Assembly: GCF_000981785.2 (NCBI RefSeq)
Contig: NZ_CP011304.1
Location: forward strand, 3,330,001 to 3,362,000
Length of the DNA: 32,000 bases
Direction: 5' to 3'
Source: Microcystis aeruginosa NIES-2549
GTDB lineage: Bacteria > Cyanobacteriota > Cyanobacteriia > Cyanobacteriales > Microcystaceae
The translations under genes were made by a program, and so were the position numbers. Shown here piece after piece: positions 19,078 through 26,600 of this stretch (its first letter is position 1; each line of letters opens with the position of its first letter). Under the pieces are notes generated by a model. That model was not told the DNA's origin and ran no database searches. It saw only the letters and a list, made by a program, of their open reading frames with translations.

Positions 19078-19656
19078 ATGCAATTACTGTCTTCTTTTGA
19101 ATTACTGGTACAGCCGATCATTCCTAGCAATTTAGCTAAGATGCTTCAATTAGAATCTGTCGATCCTTTAGTGCTACAATCTTACTTTCTAATTCTTTCA
19201 AATGTTAGTTCCGAATCAGTTACAGCAATTCTAGAATTTACAGCAGACACTGGTGGGAATTCTACCTTCAAGGGTAGTCAGGACGGCAACTTTAAACCTG
19301 TCTCTGCTTTTCTGGATCTGACTGCCGCCATGCCATTGAGTGAACCTAACTTTGAAATTACTACCCCTTCTACAGCTAAAGCTATTCTGGCACTCGGTGC
19401 TAAATCTACTGCTACTTTTCTCCTTCAGCCCGATGTCATCCCTGTAGCTAAAGCTATTAAAGACCCTCAATCTCGTGATTTGAGCTTTGAACTACGAGGA
19501 GCAGTTGAAATTTCGGTATCAAGACCTCAATCACTTCTTGTTTCTCCTCAAACGCGGGGAACATTCTTTAAAACGGCTTCAGATACTAATATGCCTCTAG
19601 AAGTTTTTGCCGAACAAGCTTACGGTTTACCGACGGCTAATAGTAATTTCATCTAG
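19078..19656 (+). CDS. Hypothetical protein, no recognisable family
   Basis: 192-aa ORF with an ATG start and non-repetitive, plausible composition. It is preceded by a ~460-nt AT-rich intergenic region. No motif I recognise, and no signal peptide or TM segment. Confidence 0.5.
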   Translation: MQLLSSFELLVQPIIPSNLAKMLQLESVDPLVLQSYFLILSNVSSESVTAILEFTADTGGNSTFKGSQDGNFKPVSAFLDLTAAMPLSEPNFEITTPSTAKAILALGAKSTATFLLQPDVIPVAKAIKDPQSRDLSFELRGAVEISVSRPQSLLVSPQTRGTFFKTASDTNMPLEVFAEQAYGLPTANSNFI

Positions 19657-19793
19657 TATCACTGCTTGAGTTAGGGCAGACTTCTATTCTTTAGTCTTTG
19701 TTATTATTAAGCATTAATTCCTGCTTATCTAAAGATCAGATTGTTCTGTCCTAACCAATTAAATACTAAAAAACAACCAGAGGTCTTACAAGT

Positions 19794-20696
19794 ATGAATA
19801 CTAAGTTTAAATTTATCCCCTTAAGTTTCCATTGGTGCGCTATTCACCCTCAACCAATCGGCGTTGTTTATTTTATTGGTGGTGCATTTTTTGGAACTTT
19901 TCCTAATTTTTTCTATCGTTACCTTCTTCAAGAAGTGTTTGAACAAGGCTATACGATTGTCGCTATTCCCTATCGTTTCACTTTTGATCATTGGTCTGTA
20001 GCGATCAATATTTTTAAAGACTTAGAGGAAGTTAGGAAAAGTCTTTATCAAGAGGCTCTTTCTTTAAACTATACCACTAACATTGGAATCTACTTGGAAT
20101 CACCAATTGCTCAAAACTCTTATTATGTATGGATAGGACATAGCTTAGGTTGTAAATATATCCAACTTTTGGAAATCTTAACTGAGCTAGATTCTCCCGA
20201 TTTAGAGGATTTAAAGAAAAGTCCAATTTTAAGGCAATGTGGCATCCAAGAACAAGCAAAAAATATTAGAAAATCCCTGGATGGTATCACTCTAGCAGAT
20301 GTTTCACTCAAAAACCAGCCATCTATCTTTTTAGCTCCTGTGATTGCAGGAATTCAGAATGCTATCCCCATTCCTTTTTTAGCTAAATTGTTGCAGTATT
20401 TCGGTTTAGATGTACGACCTAGTGTAAAAGAGACGAAGTGCTTAATTAGTCAAAGTAGCTATTTTCAAATACTAGATATAATTGCTTTTAGCAAGGATAA
20501 ACAAGCCAGTAAAACAGTAGAATGGTTCGATCATATATTCGAGGCAAAAAAGCGGTTGAAGGCTTTAATTGTCTTACCTGATCGTATACATCTTGCTCCT
20601 CTTGGCTATCAAGACGGTGATCGAGAAGTTGCCAAAACAGTAATTTACGCTCTTGAAAAATTAAGAACGAAACTATCAATGGTTTTGTTTCAATAG
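19794..20696 (+). CDS. DUF1350-family (alpha/beta-hydrolase-like) protein
   Basis: 300-aa ORF. PIGVVYFIGGAFFGTFPNFFYRYLLQEVFEQGYTIVAIPYRFTFDHW matches the conserved N-terminal block of cyanobacterial/plant DUF1350 as I recall it. A GHSLG nucleophile-elbow-like motif is present. Confidence 0.65.
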   Translation: MNTKFKFIPLSFHWCAIHPQPIGVVYFIGGAFFGTFPNFFYRYLLQEVFEQGYTIVAIPYRFTFDHWSVAINIFKDLEEVRKSLYQEALSLNYTTNIGIYLESPIAQNSYYVWIGHSLGCKYIQLLEILTELDSPDLEDLKKSPILRQCGIQEQAKNIRKSLDGITLADVSLKNQPSIFLAPVIAGIQNAIPIPFLAKLLQYFGLDVRPSVKETKCLISQSSYFQILDIIAFSKDKQASKTVEWFDHIFEAKKRLKALIVLPDRIHLAPLGYQDGDREVAKTVIYALEKLRTKLSMVLFQ

Positions 20697-20771
20697 AAGT
20701 GCGCTCCTGAAAGCAATGCGTAGCAGTAAACTTATCTTGTGGCTTGGTTGACGAATGTAATGTTTTATCAC

Positions 20772-20880
20772 TGCGATCGCTCCTTCTTCTCGATTGGATT
20801 GAAATAACGAAACCCAACACTAATTAAGGTGTGTTACTGCGGTGACATACCTTTTACCTATCAGTTATAATGGAAAGGTT
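20772..20880 (+). repeat. ~105-nt dispersed element, copy A (HIP1 - CTTCTCGATTGG - TTGAAAYAACGAAACCCAAC - hairpin - ATCAGT)
   Basis: It aligns base-for-base with 22603-22626 plus 22869-22950: GCGATCGC..CTTCTCGATTGG / TTGAAA(T/C)AACGAAACCCAACA..TTAAGGTGTGTTACTGCGGTGACA(T/C)ACCTTTTAC..ATCAGT. Confidence 0.8.
20826..20855 (+). terminator. Terminator-like hairpin inside repeat copy A
   Basis: AAGGTGTGT-tactgcggtg-ACATACCTT followed by TTT. This is a 9-bp stem with one G-U pair, about 130 nt downstream of the DUF1350 stop. Confidence 0.4.
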
Positions 20881-21009
20881 TGAAGCCTAGACTTTCATCA
20901 AATGATGCTCATCTCTCTGAAAAATCCTGGTATCGTATCGTACATAGTGTAATGTCGTTGTCACTACATTATGTTAAAATAATTAAGTTTGGAATTACAC
21001 ACCCATCTT

Positions 21010-21300
21010 ATGAGTAGTAAAACAAAAAGTAAGACTCCGCGTAATACCCTAAATTTGCGAATTAAGCCAGAAGAACGCAATTTGATCGATATGGCAGCCA
21101 AAGTGCAAGGTAAGAATAGAACTGATTTTATTTTGGAAGCCGCGCGGAATGCTGCGGAGGAAACTTTGCTCGAACGTACTATTTTTTTGGCTAGTCCAGA
21201 GGCTTATGCAGAATTTATCGCACTTCTAGATGCACCACCTCAACCTAATGAACGTTTACGCAAAACCATGCAGACGCTCGCACCTTGGGAGAAGGAATGA
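21010..21300 (+). CDS. DUF1778 (TacA-like, RHH) antitoxin
   Basis: LNLRIKPEERNLIDMAAKVQGKNRTDFILEAARNAAEETLLE is the typical DUF1778 core. The ATG at 21010 is preferred over the track's TTG at 20989. Its stop overlaps the next gene's start (ATGA). Confidence 0.8.
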   Translation: MSSKTKSKTPRNTLNLRIKPEERNLIDMAAKVQGKNRTDFILEAARNAAEETLLERTIFLASPEAYAEFIALLDAPPQPNERLRKTMQTLAPWEKE

Positions 21301-21791
21301 ATTTGACACCACCTGAACCTCTGGCTAGTTATCACTCAATCACTGATTTTTCCTGCGGAATTACTTCTCTTGATGATTGGTTGAAGCGTCGAGCTTATGC
21401 TAATCAAGCCAGTGGTGCAACTAGAACTTTTGTTACCTGCGTTGACAATAGGGTAGTTGGGTATTACGCCTTTGCTTCCGGGGCGATTAGTATACAATCA
21501 GCTAATGGTAAATTTCGGCGGAATATGCCTAACCCAATTCCAGTGGTAATTTTGGCACGATTGGCAGTAGATACTTCTTACCAAGGTCAAGGTTTAGGAT
21601 GCGGTTTATTTCGTGATGGTGCGCTACGGGTTGTTAAAGCGGCTGATACCATTGGTAGTCGGGGAATTATTGTTCATGCTATTTCAGAAGAAGCTAAGAA
21701 TTTTTATTTGGCTTTAGGTTTTGATGTGTCTCCTCTTGAACCGATGACGTTGATGATTACTCTTAATGATTTACGCGCTTGTATTGCTTAG
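21297..21791 (+). CDS. GNAT-family acetyltransferase toxin (TacT-like)
   Basis: ~164 aa. RLAVDTSYQGQGLGCGLFRDGALRV is the GNAT acetyl-CoA motif (Q/RxxGxG). It is paired by a 4-nt overlap with the DUF1778 gene, which is the canonical arrangement. Confidence 0.8.
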   Translation: MNLTPPEPLASYHSITDFSCGITSLDDWLKRRAYANQASGATRTFVTCVDNRVVGYYAFASGAISIQSANGKFRRNMPNPIPVVILARLAVDTSYQGQGLGCGLFRDGALRVVKAADTIGSRGIIVHAISEEAKNFYLALGFDVSPLEPMTLMITLNDLRACIA

Positions 21792-21942
21792 TGCGCTACA
21801 GGGGCAACACGGGGTCAACCACAGGGGGTTTGCCCCTACAGGTACGTTTAAGTCCAGAATAACTTTGCTTATGGCCTCATGAACAAGATGTTTGCCCTGA
21901 TACACTTTACTTAGATTCAGTGCGATCACCAGTTATCTTTAA

Positions 21943-22173
21943 TTAAGTTTCTCCCTTACTTAAATTATTACAAAACAATTGAATTTCATTGATTATGGTT
22001 TGATAAGAATTAACAATTTGATGGGCGATGATTAAAACCTTTTCCTCTGCGTTTCGATACATGACATCCGATTGATTAGATAATTCTCTTAAAAATATCT
22101 CTAACTGTTGTAGGGCTTGGAGAATTTTATTGAGTTCTTGATTAATTCTATCTTGAATTGATAAATTAGTCAT
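21943..22173 (-). CDS. Small all-helical partner of the nucleotidyltransferase (toxin position, but not a canonical HEPN)
   Basis: 76-aa ORF whose ATG overlaps the MNT stop (ATGA at 22170-22173), indicating translational coupling. No Rx4-6H HEPN motif is visible. Confidence 0.5.
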   Translation of the reverse strand: MTNLSIQDRINQELNKILQALQQLEIFLRELSNQSDVMYRNAEEKVLIIAHQIVNSYQTIINEIQLFCNNLSKGET

Positions 22174-22544
22174 AATTCAACCCCCTGAGCAATTGCTTCT
22201 AAAATATAAGGATGAGCCTTTTGAACTTCTACTAAATCCACCTCAAAATCCTGTCCATTATCTAACTCTGCTATCGCCTTAAAATAATCTTTCTCTGGTA
22301 AATCCCAAACCGCTAAATCAAGATCAGAATGGGGAGTTATTTCTTCATAATTTAACAATGAACCAAATAAAACAACTTTCGTGACTCCATACTTCTCTTT
22401 AAGGAGACTAGCACATTTTTGAGCAATTTTTAACCCTGCTTGTTGCCGTTGTTTCATCTCTAATAGAAATTGTTCGCGGTTTGCTCTCGCTGCTAAAACT
22501 TCAGCAATAATCTCTTGTTTTCGTTCTTCAGTTAACTGTGTCAT
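22170..22544 (-). CDS. Minimal nucleotidyltransferase (MNT/MntA-like, Pol-beta superfamily)
   Basis: VVLFGSLLNYEEITPHSDLDLAVWDL is the GS..(D/E)xD signature. The ATG at 22544 (MTQLTEERKQ..) is preferred over the track's ATT start at 22574. Confidence 0.8.
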   Translation of the reverse strand: MTQLTEERKQEIIAEVLAARANREQFLLEMKQRQQAGLKIAQKCASLLKEKYGVTKVVLFGSLLNYEEITPHSDLDLAVWDLPEKDYFKAIAELDNGQDFEVDLVEVQKAHPYILEAIAQGVEL

Positions 22545-22626
22545 TATGATTACCCCTAAATCATTGAATATCAATAGTTTCTATGATAGCAATGGTTGTG
22601 ATAAGCGATCGCCGATCTTCTCGATT

Positions 22627-22868
22627 GGGCTTCGGCCGTGAGCTCAGGCTTCGACGGTGAGACTTCGGACGTTCGGTGAGACTTCGGACGTTCGGCGAGA
22701 CTTCGGACGTTCGGCGAGACTTCGGCGTGAGACTTCGGCGTGAGCTTTTGTCGAACGCTCAGTCGAACGCTCAGTCGAGCCGCGTGAGCTTTTGTCGAAC
22801 GCTCAGCCGAACCGCCTGTCGAACCGCCGCGTGAGCTTTTGTCGAACGCTCAGCCGAACCGCCGAACG
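22627..22868 (+). repeat. GC-rich compound tandem repeat
   Basis: Three 19-mers ACTTCGGACGTTCGG(T/C)GAG lie at 22661-22717. Two 13-mers ACTTCGGCGTGAG lie at 22718-22743. Three 34-47-nt units begin CTTTTGTCGAACGCTCAG(T/C)CGA.. at 22744, 22788 and 22835. Confidence 0.85.
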
Positions 22869-22900
22869 GTTGAAACAACGAAACCCAACAATATTTTATT

Positions 22901-22930
22901 TAAGGTGTGTTACTGCGGTGACACACCTTT
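22901..22930 (+). terminator. Terminator-like hairpin inside repeat copy B
   Basis: AAGGTGTGT-tactgcggtg-ACACACCTT followed by TT(AC). The stem is a perfect 9 bp, and the T/C difference from copy A keeps the pairing (G-U versus G-C). Confidence 0.4.
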
Positions 22931-23246
22931 TACTATCAGTCATCAGGAGAGCTTATTTATTTTGGTTCTTCGGTTTGTCTTATGCAATGGACGGGGTTAT
23001 AAGGAATGAAACCTTTATAGAGACAGACATTACCGCAATTTTTGTCAATTGTTTGCGATCTGGAGCGAACTAATCAATTAAATCTCTTGCCAGATAAAGA
23101 TTGAGTCGATTTATGCCCCCATATCGAACCATACCAAGTCCCGAAGAGCCTTTATTTTCTGCTTAGATCAGTTAAAATTGAGGAATGATCGGCCTAGAAA
23201 TTGGGTTTATCTTCGTACTTAACCTTAACATGAGAGGGAATCAAAG

Positions 23247-23399
23247 ATGCTGGCAATATCGATGTTCTATGGAATCATCGTTTATAGGTATTTTATAGAT
23301 AACAAACAACACCATATACGGCACATTAACGCTAGGTATCAAGAGGATGAAGTAATTGTCTCAATCCCTGATGGTGAAGTCCTTGAAGGTTCGAGTTAA
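23247..23399 (+). pseudogene. Truncated DUF4160-like ORF (50 codons)
   Basis: MLAISMFYGIIVYRYFIDNKQHHIRHINARYQEDEVIVSIPDGEVLEGSS* resembles the N-terminal two thirds of DUF4160 proteins (..FYGI.I.MY..D...HH.PH.HA.Y.E.EA...I..GEVL.G). The usual C-terminal part and the DUF2442 partner are missing. Confidence 0.4.
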
Positions 23400-23439
23400 A
23401 CTAAAATGATCATCATCTTGCTTGTTAACTAACGAACAA

Positions 23440-23468
23440 TTGACAAACTGATGATCCTGTTATACTAA
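23440..23468 (+). promoter_or_regulatory. Sigma-70-like promoter candidate for the Gp49/XRE operon
   Basis: TTGACA (23440-23445), a 17-nt spacer, then TACTAA (23463-23468). Alternatively TATACT at 23461-23466 with a 15-nt spacer. It lies ~35 nt upstream of the ATG at 23501. Confidence 0.35.
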
Positions 23469-23500
23469 ATTAGGTATAAACCTTAATCATTAACCCCAAC

Positions 23501-23845
23501 ATGGGAGATAAACCCATTTACTGGATTGGGACTTCAAGGGAAGATATTAGAGATTTTCCTGAAGACGCAAAGCGTAAAGCAGGTTTTCAACTGAGAGCTA
23601 TTCAACAAGGAGAGAAACCCAATGATTTTAAACCCATTCCCATTATTGGTCAAGGAACAGAAGAAATTAGAATTTGGACAGGAGAAACCTACAGAATCTT
23701 TTATGTAGCAAGGTTTAAAGAAGCGATTTATGTCCTTCATGCTTTCGGTAAAAAAACACAGAAAACCTCGAAAAAAGAAATTGAATTGGGACAAAAACGT
23801 TATCAACAAATGATTCAATTTAGACAACAATTACAGGAGGGATAA
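23501..23845 (+). CDS. Gp49-like / RelE-HigB family toxin
   Basis: 114-aa ORF. The stretches ..WIGTSREDIRDFPEDAKRKAGFQLRAIQQGEKPNDFKP... and ..YRIFYVARFKEAIYVLHAFGKKTQKTSKKEIELGQKRY are typical of phage Gp49-like (DUF891) toxins, with the toxin gene first as in higBA. Confidence 0.8.
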   Translation: MGDKPIYWIGTSREDIRDFPEDAKRKAGFQLRAIQQGEKPNDFKPIPIIGQGTEEIRIWTGETYRIFYVARFKEAIYVLHAFGKKTQKTSKKEIELGQKRYQQMIQFRQQLQEG

Positions 23846-23847
23846 CC

Positions 23848-24147
23848 ATGACACAATCTAACCCTATTGAGATCACTTTTGGTAGCGATAACATCTTTGA
23901 AGATTTAGGATTTAACAGTGAAGAAGCAACTAACTTAAAAATTAGAGCCGATTTGATGTTAACCTTGCGGTCTTTTATCCAAGAAAAAAGATGGACACAG
24001 CAAGAAGCCGCCACTTTTTTCGAGGAAACACAACCGAAAATTAGTGATTTGATGAATGGAGAAATTAGCCGTTTTACTGTTGATAAATTACTCAGTCTTT
24101 TAGATAAAACGGGAATGAAAGTTAAACTCGAAATCTTCACCAAGTAA
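23848..24147 (+). CDS. XRE-family HTH antitoxin (HigA-like)
   Basis: 99-aa ORF starting 2 nt after the toxin stop. SDNIFEDLGF..EATNLKIRADLM..I...RWTQQEAATFFEETQPKISDLMNGEISRFTVDKLLSLL is the usual partner family of Gp49-like toxins. Confidence 0.8.
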   Translation: MTQSNPIEITFGSDNIFEDLGFNSEEATNLKIRADLMLTLRSFIQEKRWTQQEAATFFEETQPKISDLMNGEISRFTVDKLLSLLDKTGMKVKLEIFTK

Positions 24148-24181
24148 CTTAAAATCATCAACAATTGACCATGAACAAGGG

Positions 24182-26479
24182 TTACATCCACATGGGAAAA
24201 GGATTTAATTCTTCTTCGGTTAAAGCTTCTTTTAACCATCCCATGCTAACAGGAACATCATACAATCTTCCTGCCCCTAAACGCTTCCACATATGACGCA
24301 TTCCGGGGACAATGACTTTAGCTACCCTTAAACCAATATCAGCACGAGTCTGATCTAATACTAACATTTCCATCCCCTTTGACTCAACAATTCGCTGACA
24401 CAATTTAACATCCTCTAATAAATCATCACTGGCTAATTGTAAATAATCATAACTTTTTTTCGGTATTATTTTACTATCGGGAACTAAATAAGATTGATTG
24501 CTTAACCTTGCCGTTTGCCACCATTTAACCGCCAAAGGATCAGCAGAGGGAGGATAAATCGTTGTCCCATCTTCCTTAAAAGATAACACATTCGGTAAGA
24601 TTTGATTAACCTCCGTTAACGCCCGACTAATAGCAATTTTCGGGTCAAAATGCGCCCCATATCCTAATAAAATATCCTCCACTTCCCGCCCCTTTCTCGG
24701 ACTAATAGCAGCAAAACAGGGAATATTCAAATCACTGGTAATATCTAACACCCATAGCTCCCGATTTAACCCCTCATAATATTGCTTTAATTGCTCAAAA
24801 TATGGCTCATTAAAGCTCTCTAAATTAACGGAAGGTTTAACTAATTGATTATACCACCATAAAGCCACACAATCTCGTTCCAATAACTCCATAAACCCTT
24901 GTAAAATCGCTTCCTCTATCGTATTTCCTGCGGCGCAGCCATTAGAATCAGCCCAACAATCTAAGGGTTCAGATTGAGAATAACCATAATAACAATATAC
25001 CGTCGGTAAATATTTAAAATCTTCAGCAGTTAAAGACCATACAGGAGTCCAATCAATGATTCTAGTTTCATCAAAAGGTTCAGGGACTTTTTGAAACCAT
25101 CCTTGATTATTCGCATTCCATTCTTCTCGATGTTGATATTGTTTTTCACTAAAATTCATACATTTGTTAGGATGAATAGCTTTATCTCCTAACTCTTGAT
25201 AACTGGCTTTTTCTCTGATTTCATTCCCTTGAAAAACCCCCGAATACCGCTCAATAGCTTCACAAAATCCACTTGCTTTTGCTTGACTATCTGTACGGCC
25301 TTTTCCCGCACTTCTACCTCCAATATTTTGCCGTAAACTGTCTAAATCATCAAAGACACTGCGAAAATGATGTTTAGCTACATAAGTATGAACTAAAGCA
25401 TTCCCTTGTATCTTATTTAATTCTCGCACAATTCCCGTAATATGACCGATATGATGTTGATAGGTTCTTAAGGTTTCTTCAGGAGAACAAAAACGATGTC
25501 CCCCATCATTGGTAAACGCCTTTTTCCGATGTCCCAAAACCACAGGTAAAGGTGTTTTATTCTGAGAATATCCACAACTAGGACAGTTCGGACGTTTAAC
25601 TAAAATATGCTCTTGAAATTGTAAATTTAAAGTATCATAAGTCATCAGCATTCCTTCTAAACGTTGATTTTTACCTTGAATAATCCACTTAAAAACCTCC
25701 ATAGCCGTCAGATTTAAAACCGTCTGTATTGTCGCTGAAGAAAACCCTAAAGGAGAAATTAAAGAAATCTTATTTTCTCTCTGTCTAATAATAAATTCCT
25801 CCACGGGACGATTATCTCGTAATCGTTGAGCCAAACAATGCCAACAACCAGTTTTATCGGGATCAAATAAGGGACCAATCCAGGCTAGGTTTCCCAGGGG
25901 ATTAACTAATAACCAAGGCTTGTGCGAGGCTAAAGCTTGTTGATTAATACTCTCTAAATCAGGATGAAGATAATTATCGGTTAAAATAATGGTTAAATCC
26001 CCTTCATCTGCGACTTGAACTTGCAAGGAATTTAAAATATTGATCAAATCTTGCTGGGGAATTGAGCCTAGGCTTTTAACCGTAACCTTCAGAGATTGTA
26101 ATCGTTCAAAAGCTTCGGACTGAGAAACCTGAAGATGATGGCATAAAATTGCTAAATTAGACGGCAATAATTCTTTTTTTTCTAATAAAAACCCTCGTTT
26201 ATATAACTGAAAAATTGCTTTTTGAATTGCCAGACTATAATTAATAATAACTGCAAGCGAATTAGGATTATTGGGATTAATTTCTTGATTTTGTAACAAT
26301 TCTAACTGAAGAATATCAATAATTTCATCAAAATTACGTTGACCATCGATTAATCTTACTAAACGATAATAAAGCGGCTCTTGAAAACAGATAGATTCTC
26401 GCTCAGATAGAAAAAATACCGTATTTGGTTCTAAGGTTTCAATTGAGTAGGCAGGATTCCAATCAAGCTGGTTAAACAC
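24182..26479 (-). CDS. Fused E1-like/RRE docking domain + YcaO cyclodehydratase (PatD/TruD/LynD-like azoline-forming heterocyclase)
   Basis: 765-aa ORF with a GTG start.
- The N-terminus ..IETLEPNTVFFLSERESICFQEPLYYRLVRLIDGQRNFDEIIDIL parallels the start of cyanobactin heterocyclases.
- Zinc cysteines are GCWHCL and CPSCG.
- YcaO core: GGRSAGKGRTDSQAKASGFCEAIERYSG, then ..SNGCAAGNTIEEAILQGFMELLERD...
- The C-terminal tail VPGMRHMWKRLGAGRLYDVPVSMGWL..EELNPFPMWM is a Pro-rich terminus, as in azoline-forming YcaOs. Confidence 0.9.
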   Translation of the reverse strand: MFNQLDWNPAYSIETLEPNTVFFLSERESICFQEPLYYRLVRLIDGQRNFDEIIDILQLELLQNQEINPNNPNSLAVIINYSLAIQKAIFQLYKRGFLLEKKELLPSNLAILCHHLQVSQSEAFERLQSLKVTVKSLGSIPQQDLINILNSLQVQVADEGDLTIILTDNYLHPDLESINQQALASHKPWLLVNPLGNLAWIGPLFDPDKTGCWHCLAQRLRDNRPVEEFIIRQRENKISLISPLGFSSATIQTVLNLTAMEVFKWIIQGKNQRLEGMLMTYDTLNLQFQEHILVKRPNCPSCGYSQNKTPLPVVLGHRKKAFTNDGGHRFCSPEETLRTYQHHIGHITGIVRELNKIQGNALVHTYVAKHHFRSVFDDLDSLRQNIGGRSAGKGRTDSQAKASGFCEAIERYSGVFQGNEIREKASYQELGDKAIHPNKCMNFSEKQYQHREEWNANNQGWFQKVPEPFDETRIIDWTPVWSLTAEDFKYLPTVYCYYGYSQSEPLDCWADSNGCAAGNTIEEAILQGFMELLERDCVALWWYNQLVKPSVNLESFNEPYFEQLKQYYEGLNRELWVLDITSDLNIPCFAAISPRKGREVEDILLGYGAHFDPKIAISRALTEVNQILPNVLSFKEDGTTIYPPSADPLAVKWWQTARLSNQSYLVPDSKIIPKKSYDYLQLASDDLLEDVKLCQRIVESKGMEMLVLDQTRADIGLRVAKVIVPGMRHMWKRLGAGRLYDVPVSMGWLKEALTEEELNPFPMWM

Positions 26480-26536
26480 AATTTTTACTCTCTTTTTAAG
26501 GGATGTTAAGGTTAATTATATACCTATAATATAAGG

Positions 26537-26600
26537 TTGATAGCAGTTATCTTAATGGTGAGGTGCGAAGTTTTCGTTTTCGGGAACAGGGAACGGCGAG
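26537..26600 (-). repeat. Dispersed ~65-nt repeat, copy 2 (inverted relative to 1995-2060)
   Basis: Its reverse complement contains ACTTCGCACCTCACCATTAAGATAAC plus similar flanks. It lies ~60 nt upstream of the heterocyclase start. Confidence 0.7.

Larger units (their letters stand above)
22603..22950 (+). repeat. Dispersed element copy B, split by an internal ~240-nt tandem-repeat expansion
   Basis: The left arm (22603-22626) and right arm (22869-22950) match copy A. The sequence between them is absent from copy A. Confidence 0.8.

Noticed and set aside
19665-19750. 11-nt inverted repeat GTTAGGGCAGA / TCTGTCCTAAC separated by 64 nt between the 192-aa ORF and DUF1350
   Set aside because: It is a single short imperfect pair with a long loop. 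That is not enough to call a MITE or regulatory structure without copies elsewhere.
20488-20820. 110-aa minus-strand ORF overlapping the DUF1350 3' end and repeat copy A
   Set aside because: It is antisense to a supported gene, extends into a repeat, and has a low-complexity Arg/Ser-rich translation.
22627-22868. Possible CRISPR array
   Set aside because: The units are contiguous tandem repeats of changing length (19, 13 and 34-47 nt) with no unique spacers, and no cas genes are nearby.
20772-22950. Integron-like gene cassette with attC sites
   Set aside because: No integron integrase is in the window, and I could not identify the R''/L''-L'/R' core architecture (GTTRRRY) in the repeats. 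The observation is kept only as a direct-repeat-flanked cassette.
22792-23073. 93-aa plus-strand ORF
   Set aside because: It starts inside the tandem repeat and runs through dispersed-element copy B, so it is a repeat-derived artefact.
23534-24239. Minus-strand ORFs 23534-23830 and 23820-24239
   Set aside because: They are antisense shadows of the well-supported Gp49/XRE pair.
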